A DNA stretch of 64,000 bases from Acidobacteriaceae bacterium (GTDB lineage Bacteria > Acidobacteriota > Terriglobia > Terriglobales > Acidobacteriaceae), in contig DASXDF010000006.1 of the NCBI GenBank assembly GCA_036490815.1, forward strand, positions 17,419 through 81,418, given 5' to 3'. Below the pieces are notes generated by a model. That model did not search any database. It had not been told where the DNA came from and was given only the letters and a program-made list of their open reading frames with translations. Numbering within the stretch: position 1 is the first letter of the stretch; each line of letters opens with the position of its first letter. Below, piece after piece: positions 55,118 through 64,000 of the stretch. Position numbers and translations under genes: made by a program.

Positions 55118-55324
55118 ATGTCGTTTCCCATTCGCAAGTGCGCCGTCTGTGGTGAAGAATTCGAGCTGAAGCCGGGCAAGCCTGGCTTCGCGAACCGCTG
55201 TCCGTCGTGCAGCGAGCCGGAAGAATCTGATACCGGCACGCAACCCGCAGGCTTTACCGATCGCGAAGCCAATGCTGAGCGTCGCCGCGTTATGAAGGAC
55301 CTTCTCTACCGGAAAGACAGCTGA
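55118..55324 (+). CDS. Small zinc-ribbon protein (hypothetical)
   Basis: ATG 55118 follows AGGA. It has two CxxC pairs, 'CAVCG ... CPSC'. No family was recognised. Confidence 0.5.
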   Translation: MSFPIRKCAVCGEEFELKPGKPGFANRCPSCSEPEESDTGTQPAGFTDREANAERRRVMKDLLYRKDS

Positions 55325-55338
55325 CCATCGGAGATGTC

Positions 55339-55369
55339 ATCCTGAGTTCGCGCCATGCGAATGAAGGAT
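55339..55369. terminator. Nested hairpin in a 54-bp convergent gap (possible bidirectional terminator or short repeat element)
   Basis: ATCC-tgag-TTCGC-gccat-GCGAA-tgaa-GGAT, followed by CTGCTTTCG. Confidence 0.3.
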
Positions 55370-55378
55370 CTGCTTTCG

Positions 55379-56488
55379 TCAATCTGTCATTTTGGTGATG
55401 TGCACGTTGAAGTCCGCCGACGGCGACAGTCCGCGGAGCGTGAACACCTTGTAGCCATCGCCGGTGGTCTCCGTTCTGCGGAAGATGCCTGGTTCTGTTT
55501 CCACCACCTCCCGGCCACCGCTGAGATTCGCGATGAACGCCTGCGCATCGTCCACCTGCGGCGTCTCCTCATCTGACACCGTGGTCAACGCCTCCGCCAC
55601 GTAACTCCGCATCAGCTTCGGCCAGTACTCCGCCAGCAGATCGGTGCTGCCAAACACGTCGGCCCACTGCACGTGCCCGTTGATGGCAACGACCACGCCC
55701 ACCGCGCCGTTGTTGCGCAACTCTGCGAGAATCGCCTGCTCGCCAGCGTGGCCGCCATAGGAATCGAGCTTCGCCTTGACCGGCGGGCTCGCGAACACTT
55801 TCGCGTACGAGCTGGTTCCGCGGACATCGCCCAGCGACTCCGACGTGGACAGCGAATTTGCCATCCTCGCGTTCGACGCGCGCACCTGATTCCACACTTC
55901 ACTCTGGTTCTGCGCCGCCATGGCCGGCGTGCGGACGCTGGGCTGCGCCATCTGCGCTTTCATTGAGCCAAACTTCTCGCTCGACTGCACCCACCGCCCC
56001 GGCTCCACGCAGAACACGTTCAGGTCGATGGGACCGCCTTTGGGCGGCACAATGCGATCCGCGCCGATTACCCGATCCTGCTTGCCCCCGGTCACAATTT
56101 CGCCAGCCAGCAACAGCAATGGGCGATCGGAGTTGTTGTAGAGCACCAGCCGATTCACTTCAGCGCCGCTGCTCCTGACTGGGAACACGTCTCCGCGCAC
56201 CAGCCCACTGCCGTTGCCGGCCTCGGTCACGACCACTTCGCCGGTACGAATCCCCTCGTCGAGCGTCAAAAGCTGCGAGGTGTCATACGATTTCGCTGCA
56301 ACCACCGGAAAAATCGTCAGGTTTCCGCGCCGGATCGCCGGCAGGACGCGGTAAGGCCCCTCATTTCCAATCCCTGCGCGGCTTGGTCCGGCCGACAGGC
56401 CAAGCACTGCGATCAATAGCGACGCGCCCAGTGCAAACGACCAGTCTCCGGAACCTTCCGCCAAAACAGACTGCGGCGTACTCTTCAT
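55379..56488 (-). CDS. Secreted ARPP-1/DUF6569-like protein
   Basis: ATG 56488 follows GGAGG; the longer ORF to 56662 runs into the sigma-factor gene on the opposite strand. It has a signal/TM segment. 'RRGNLTIFPVV' and 'LLLLAGEIVTGGKQDRV' resemble my recollection of the DUF6569 signature; this is not verified. Confidence 0.65.
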   Translation of the reverse strand: MKSTPQSVLAEGSGDWSFALGASLLIAVLGLSAGPSRAGIGNEGPYRVLPAIRRGNLTIFPVVAAKSYDTSQLLTLDEGIRTGEVVVTEAGNGSGLVRGDVFPVRSSGAEVNRLVLYNNSDRPLLLLAGEIVTGGKQDRVIGADRIVPPKGGPIDLNVFCVEPGRWVQSSEKFGSMKAQMAQPSVRTPAMAAQNQSEVWNQVRASNARMANSLSTSESLGDVRGTSSYAKVFASPPVKAKLDSYGGHAGEQAILAELRNNGAVGVVVAINGHVQWADVFGSTDLLAEYWPKLMRSYVAEALTTVSDEETPQVDDAQAFIANLSGGREVVETEPGIFRRTETTGDGYKVFTLRGLSPSADFNVHITKMTD

Positions 56489-56585
56489 ATCAACCTCCGC
56501 GCGAGGTCGCCTTCGAGCTTCCTCCGCAACTGGAGAACGCCGCCGGTGTCTGTTCTTGCAGGAAAGTTTGCGGAAATCTCTGCCT

Positions 56586-57515
56586 ATGACCCCCGAGCCT
56601 TCGATCGCCGCCGAGCCAGCCTCCCTTGGGATTGCTGTTGGGAGGTCTGTTACGGCCGTCATCGACCAGCGCTATGCGGAATCCAACGCGGCGCGGTATG
56701 GCATTTCCGGCGAGCACTTTCGGCAAATTGTCACCGCCGTTGCTGCGAAATATGCGGCTGATTCTGCTGAATCGGAACAAATTGAGCTGATCGCCAAATT
56801 GAGAATCGAGGAGCTGGTCCTGGCGCGGGCCTGTTCAGCGGGCAACGAGAAGGCCTGGGAGGCGTTCCTGCTGCGTTTTCGCGCATCCTTATATGAAGCG
56901 GCGTACCGGATCGCCGGAAACGATGCCACCGGGCGCGAAATTGCCGACGAGCTTTACGCGGAACTCTACGGCATCCCCAACCGCGACGGCCGCCGCATCT
57001 CGACGCTCGACTACTACATGGGACGCGGTTCGCTCGAAGGCTGGCTGCGCACTGTGCTGTCGCAGCACCACATCGACCGCTGCCGATCGTATTCGAAAAA
57101 CGTGAGCCTTGAAGAGCAGATCGAAGCTGGCGCCAGCTTTCCGGCTAACGCAGAAACCAGCATTGCCGAGCCAGACTGTCGCCTGGCCGCTGCTCTCCAG
57201 GAATCTCTCGACGAGCTGAACGCCGAGGATCGATTCGTTCTCGCGTCGTACTTTTTGGATCAACGCAGGCTGGCCGACCTCGCGCGCCAATTCCACGTTC
57301 ACGAATCGACCATGAGCCGCCGCCTCGACCGCATCACCGCGCATCTGCGGAAGCGCATTGTGAAACGCCTGCGCGCGGCGGGCCTGAGCGCGCGGCAATG
57401 CGATGAGCTGCTGCAGGAACTCGACGTCCGCGACCTGAACCTGGACGTGGCGCAAAAACTGCGGCAAGAAACACCGCTTCCCGCGTTCTATAACAAGGAT
57501 GGATCGGCGACGTGA
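56586..57515 (+). CDS. ECF-type sigma-70 family RNA polymerase sigma factor with an N-terminal extension of about 75 aa
   Basis: Region 2 is 'ELVLARACSAGNEKAWEAFLLRFRASLYEAAYRI ... ADELYAELY'. The region 4 HTH is 'LADLARQFHVHESTMSRRLDR'. ATG 56586 is preferred over TTG 56556. Confidence 0.8.
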   Translation: MTPEPSIAAEPASLGIAVGRSVTAVIDQRYAESNAARYGISGEHFRQIVTAVAAKYAADSAESEQIELIAKLRIEELVLARACSAGNEKAWEAFLLRFRASLYEAAYRIAGNDATGREIADELYAELYGIPNRDGRRISTLDYYMGRGSLEGWLRTVLSQHHIDRCRSYSKNVSLEEQIEAGASFPANAETSIAEPDCRLAAALQESLDELNAEDRFVLASYFLDQRRLADLARQFHVHESTMSRRLDRITAHLRKRIVKRLRAAGLSARQCDELLQELDVRDLNLDVAQKLRQETPLPAFYNKDGSAT

Positions 57516-58639
57516 AACACCTCCCCGCCAACGCGCTGCGCAGGCAATTGGGTCAGGCCCATTCCGCCGGTCCTCATCCTGACGCGGACCAGCTGACTGC
57601 GTTTGCCGAGGATGCGCTGCTTGACCGCGAGCGCGCCGACGTTCTCGGGCATCTTGCTGTTTGCGAATCGTGCCGGGCAATCGTGCATGCGGCGAGCGAC
57701 GCTGTCGAGCCCAAAGCCGCAGCGGTCCCGTCGTTACAATCTGCCCGCAGTCCGCGGCGCGTCTGGATCCGCGGCATCGCCGTCGCCGCATCCCTGGTGG
57801 CGATCGCGACGTCGTCTATCCTGGTCTATCGCGCGACGCGGACAAATCCCGCGGGACATCCAACGATAGCCAGTGCTCCGGCTCCGGCTGTGCCCGCATC
57901 GCAGCCGCTCGCCTCCGCGCCCGCACCGCCGACCGTCGCGCCCGCTGAGCCGCGCGCGAAAGCCCCAGCCCCAAAACGCGCGCGCACGGCGATGGCTCCG
58001 CGCACGCAAGCACCACCGCCGCCACCGTCGGCAACGGAGACAGTGACGGGTTCCAATACTCCTGTACCCCTGACCACCACCCAGGGCGACACGTCTGCTT
58101 ATAGTCTCGGCTCGACTTCCACGCGGGGGGCGCCGTCGGCGCAGAACCAGGAGGAGGTGCAGGCCCAAGTGATGCAGCAGCGCAGCGCACTCGCCGCAGC
58201 CAAAGTGACTCCCGAGGCGGCCCATGCTGAGGGCCATCGCATTCAGGATCAGCGCGCGTTCGCCGGCGAGTTTGCGCGGTCGATGCACGGGGCGTTCATG
58301 GCGCGTCCTGTTGAGCGTCCACGTTTTCGCATCAGCGACGAGGGCCAAATCGAGCGCTCCAACGAAGCAGGAGCGTGGCAGCCTGTTGCTGTGGGCGCGG
58401 CGGCCCGCTTCCGCGTGCTGTCCGTGGCGGGTCCGGACATCTGGGCCGGCGGCGACCACCTGCGCCTCTTCCACTCCCTGGACAACGGCGTCACCTGGCT
58501 TGAAGTCCAGCTTCCTGGGAGCGCCGACCGCACTCACGCCATCGCCCACATCCGCATCGAGCCCGAGCACAAGCTCATGGTCGAAGCTGATGACGGCACG
58601 GCCTGGAGATCGATCGACGGCGGCGTAACGTGGCAGTAA
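57512..58639 (+). CDS. Anti-sigma factor (zf-HC2-like, single TM, Asp-box/BNR C-terminal domain)
   Basis: Its GTG overlaps the sigma stop as GTGA. 'HLAVCESCR', TM 'IAVAASLVAIATSSILVY', a Pro/Ala-rich linker, and two Asp-box motifs 'SLDNGVTW' and 'SIDGGVTW'. Confidence 0.7.
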   Translation: MKHLPANALRRQLGQAHSAGPHPDADQLTAFAEDALLDRERADVLGHLAVCESCRAIVHAASDAVEPKAAAVPSLQSARSPRRVWIRGIAVAASLVAIATSSILVYRATRTNPAGHPTIASAPAPAVPASQPLASAPAPPTVAPAEPRAKAPAPKRARTAMAPRTQAPPPPPSATETVTGSNTPVPLTTTQGDTSAYSLGSTSTRGAPSAQNQEEVQAQVMQQRSALAAAKVTPEAAHAEGHRIQDQRAFAGEFARSMHGAFMARPVERPRFRISDEGQIERSNEAGAWQPVAVGAAARFRVLSVAGPDIWAGGDHLRLFHSLDNGVTWLEVQLPGSADRTHAIAHIRIEPEHKLMVEADDGTAWRSIDGGVTWQ

Positions 58640-58645
58640 TGACCG

Positions 58646-60586
58646 CTACGGCGTAACCACCGGCAACACGATGTGCGACGGCATCTGCGGCGTTGAGTAC
58701 ACGCGCTGTGTTGCCGAAACGTAGTCCTCTGCCGTTGCCTGGTAAATGCTCGGCACAAATTTTTGCGGATTGCGGTCGATCACCGGGAACCAGGTGGACT
58801 GCACCTGCACCATGATGCGATGCCCTTTCAGGAATACGTGGTCGTGATCGCGCAGGGGCACGTCCCACTCCTCCGCATGGTTGGGCTTGAGCGCCTGCGG
58901 TTGCTCGTAGCTGTGGAGGAATCGCCCACGCCGGACCTCCATTGCGATGGGCAGCTCGTATCCGTTCAGCGAATCCGCGTAGTTGTCGGGAGTGTCCCTG
59001 GACAGCGCGTCGGCGGCCTTCTCGCCGCGCTCGGGATACACATCGATCAGCTTCACCACAAAGTCGGCATCGGTTCCGGAGGTCGACGCGAACAGAGCCG
59101 CCGATACGGGGCCGGTCACCGTCAGGTCATGATCGAGCGGCGCGCTCTCCCAGGTCAGCACGTCAGGCCGGTTCTCGACAAATCGCTGATCGGCCACCTC
59201 CCACGTGCGCCACTCCGGCTGCGGATAGGTTGGCGAGATGGGTCTTACGCGGTAGGGCACCGGATTCGCGGGATCGGATACATACTCGCGATAGCCTTTG
59301 CCGGCCGCCGTCTCCTGTTCGAACGACAGCGTTCCGTCCGCATACAGATAGAGGTTCGTGGGCTTCGCATTCCGGGGCGGCCACGCGGCGTAGCTGTGCC
59401 ACGTATTCGATCCGGTCTCGAATGTCGTCGCCTTCCATTGCGGCTTTGTGCCATCGCCGTGCAGATAGTAGCGGAAGAAGGGCGCCTCGATGTCCCTGCG
59501 AAATTCCAGCGCGGTCTTGTGCCCGCCAAACGGAATCAGTCCGATGCTATCGGCCTCCGCAGTCTCCCACTCGCCGTGAAACCACGGGCCGGCGACCATC
59601 AGATCGGTATTGTCCGGATCGTGCTCGCCTTCGTGACGGAAAATCTGCCACGGTCCCCAGGGATCTTCCTGGTCCCAGAAACCCGCCACGTTAAGGTTCG
59701 GCACCGGCGAGCTGTGCAGCTGATTCACCCACGCTTCCTTCTTCCAGAAAGCGTCGTAGTTCGGGTGCTCCATCATGTCGTTCCAGAAAGGAATCTTGTC
59801 GTGCAGATACTGCGCGTTGGCCTGCGACAGCGGACCCAGTTTCAGATACCACGCATAGGTGTCGTATTGGTCGAAATCAAAATGCGTATTGGTGTTCTTG
59901 TCAGCTTCTTCGAGCACCGAATATTCGAACGCGTAGCTCTCGCGCAGCGCGCCGTAGCGATGCATGTCATCGTTCATCCACTGGTCCACCGGTGACGCCT
60001 GCTCGCTCACGGCCTTCAGCGCAGGATGCGGATGCAGCAGCGTGAGCCCCGCCGTCAGCCCGTCGTACGAGACGCCGTAGATGCCCACCTTGCCGTTGTT
60101 CTGCGGGACGTTCTTCACCAGCCAGTCGATCGTGTCCCACGCGTCGTTGGTTTCGTTGGCCTGTTTTGGATCGTTGGCGTCGTAACGCGATGTCAGCTCG
60201 AACGTGCCTTCCGATTTAAACCGCCCGCGCAGATTCTGAATCACGAAAATGTAGCCGTCGGCCGCGAGTTCCTTCCACGAGTCCGGCGCCCAGTCCGCGC
60301 CATGTTTCGCTGCAGCCTGATCGAACTCCTGCTGCGTCAGGACGCCATACGGGGTGCGATCCAGCAGAATCGGCAGTGGACCCGTCTGATCGCGCCGACG
60401 AATGATGGCCGTCTGCAGGTGCACGCCATCGCGCACCGGCACCATCACTTCCTCCACACGCCACGCGCTCTCCGTCTTTGGGGCGCTTTGTGCTGCCGTA
60501 GCCTGAGCCCGCATCTGCGGCGCTCCAGCGCCTGACGCCATCACCGCTGCGATAGCAACCCAGCCTGCCCAAACCTTCGCCCTCAT
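58646..60586 (-). CDS. CocE/NonD family hydrolase (X-Pro dipeptidyl-peptidase S15 fold)
   Basis: Signal peptide, 'LLDRTPYG', nucleophile 'GVSYDG' and a C-terminal jelly-roll region. Confidence 0.9.
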   Translation of the reverse strand: MRAKVWAGWVAIAAVMASGAGAPQMRAQATAAQSAPKTESAWRVEEVMVPVRDGVHLQTAIIRRRDQTGPLPILLDRTPYGVLTQQEFDQAAAKHGADWAPDSWKELAADGYIFVIQNLRGRFKSEGTFELTSRYDANDPKQANETNDAWDTIDWLVKNVPQNNGKVGIYGVSYDGLTAGLTLLHPHPALKAVSEQASPVDQWMNDDMHRYGALRESYAFEYSVLEEADKNTNTHFDFDQYDTYAWYLKLGPLSQANAQYLHDKIPFWNDMMEHPNYDAFWKKEAWVNQLHSSPVPNLNVAGFWDQEDPWGPWQIFRHEGEHDPDNTDLMVAGPWFHGEWETAEADSIGLIPFGGHKTALEFRRDIEAPFFRYYLHGDGTKPQWKATTFETGSNTWHSYAAWPPRNAKPTNLYLYADGTLSFEQETAAGKGYREYVSDPANPVPYRVRPISPTYPQPEWRTWEVADQRFVENRPDVLTWESAPLDHDLTVTGPVSAALFASTSGTDADFVVKLIDVYPERGEKAADALSRDTPDNYADSLNGYELPIAMEVRRGRFLHSYEQPQALKPNHAEEWDVPLRDHDHVFLKGHRIMVQVQSTWFPVIDRNPQKFVPSIYQATAEDYVSATQRVYSTPQMPSHIVLPVVTP

Positions 60587-60680
60587 ACACGCTCACTTTC
60601 TCTCGACCGGCACTGCCGGACTGTGCGCCAGTATATAGAAGCGCCTCGGCGACCTCGATGCGCGCACGCGCAAACGCACC

Positions 60681-60718
60681 AAAAGCAAATGGCCCTCCGT
60701 TTCCAGAGGGCCATTTGC
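60681..60718 (-). terminator. Rho-independent terminator of gyrB
   Basis: Perfect 13-bp stem GCAAATGGCCCTC/GAGGGCCATTTGC (60685-60718) with an 8-nt loop, followed on the minus strand by TTTT. It lies 26 bp after the gyrB stop. Confidence 0.8.
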
Positions 60719-60743
60719 TCTTTGCTCTTCCTACCCGCTGCCT

Positions 60744-63497
<2,754 letters not shown>

Positions 63498-63688
63498 TTA
63501 TTTTACCACGCGGAAGGGGTCTTCCGCCGGGGTCAAAAATCGCGGAAAACCTTGCAAAATCAGGCACAAAATGAGGATTTCCCGGGACCGAAAATCCACA
63601 TTCTCCTCACCCGCTCCCGGATCCGGTAACCGCTGCCGCGCGATCGGCCGATTCGCTCCTCTGCCGGCCCCTTTTTTCTTTGGCCGCG

Positions 63689-64000
63689 CTAAGCGCGCGG
63701 TGATCTGAGCAGCAGAAATACCGCTTCCGTCAACGGCTTCAAATCGCCTGCAAAACCAGCCACCATCGCTGAGAGGAATGTCCGGGGATCAATCGCTTCA
63801 AGCCGCAGCGGATGATCGAAAGTCTCGCCAATCAGTCCACGCACGATAACTGCGCCCGCCCATTCCCCTCACGGAAAGGATGGATCGCGTTCAATTCGGC
63901 CAGAAACCTTGCGAGTTCAGCGGCAAACTCCTCTGGCGCTCGATTCAGGAAGCGAATCCCCCCATCGATGCTGCCGAAAAGCCTTTGCATTTGTGAGGGA
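63689..64000 (-). pseudogene. Fic/DOC family gene, frameshifted; the 5' end lies outside the window
   Basis: The minus-strand frame from the window edge reads '...EEFAAELARFLAELNAIHPFREGNGRAQ' (Fic motif HPFxxGNGR), then hits TGA at 63834-63832. A different frame continues from about 63847 as 'IVRGLIGETFDHPLRLEAIDPRTFLSAMVAGFAGDLKPLTEAVFLLL' to TAG 63691-63689. This implies a 1-nt indel near 63847-63852. Confidence 0.6.

Noticed and set aside
63636-63680. A T6 run ('cccttttttctttgg') preceded by GGCCG...CGGCC, resembling a plus-strand terminator.
   Set aside because: The stem is 5 bp with a 14-nt loop, and no plus-strand gene or obvious transcript ends there. It is more likely incidental sequence just after the Fic stop on the other strand.

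Overview
This is a GC-rich bacterial chromosomal segment, almost fully coding, with about 50 genes on both strands. I recognised no rRNA, tRNA, CRISPR array, transposase or integrase. The gene content suggests Acidobacteriota, but that is an inference: two TIGR03436-type VWA proteins, an orphan duplicated FtsX/MacB 'ADOP' permease, a TonB receptor with a carboxypeptidase-regulatory N-domain, and alternative complex III joined to a caa3 oxidase. Main blocks: (1) 1-831 is the tail of a DUF2063-DoxX operon, possibly bufferin/Hvf-type. (2) 2154-6426 holds a Cys/His-rich secreted protein, a TonB-dependent receptor, a UbiA-like membrane protein and a methyltransferase. (3) 6818-9890 is a polyphosphate module (SixA, Ppx, CHAD). 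(4) 9956-22764 holds housekeeping and envelope genes (GT39, MltG with a coupled lipoprotein, RuvX, GreA, CDP-alcohol transferase, formamidase, esterase, VWA, DUF5946, ADOP permease). (5) 22992-36596 is a twelve-gene minus-strand respiratory operon (actABCDEF, unknown membrane protein, SCO, coxII-I-III-IV) with many start/stop overlaps, a strong terminator and a perfect TGTGA-N6-TCACA palindrome upstream. (6) 37135-40162 holds an AlkA-like glycosylase, an M42 peptidase and a deoxyhypusine-synthase-like protein. (7) 40351-53270 is a signalling island: PAS/GAF kinase, CheY-like regulator, Hpt, a 2100-aa soluble hybrid kinase and a REC-PAS kinase. (8) 53281-60586 holds YqeY, an aminotransferase, a small zinc-ribbon ORF, an ARPP-1/DUF6569-like protein divergent from an ECF sigma/anti-sigma pair, and a CocE/NonD hydrolase. 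(9) 60744-64000 holds gyrB with a clean terminator and a phased A-tract upstream region, then a frameshifted Fic gene at the right edge. The most unusual object is the hybrid kinase. It contains eleven exact 276-bp in-frame tandem repeats (45859-48894), giving roughly 25 HAMP-like modules with no membrane anchor. All family calls come from reading motifs by eye; no database search was run.
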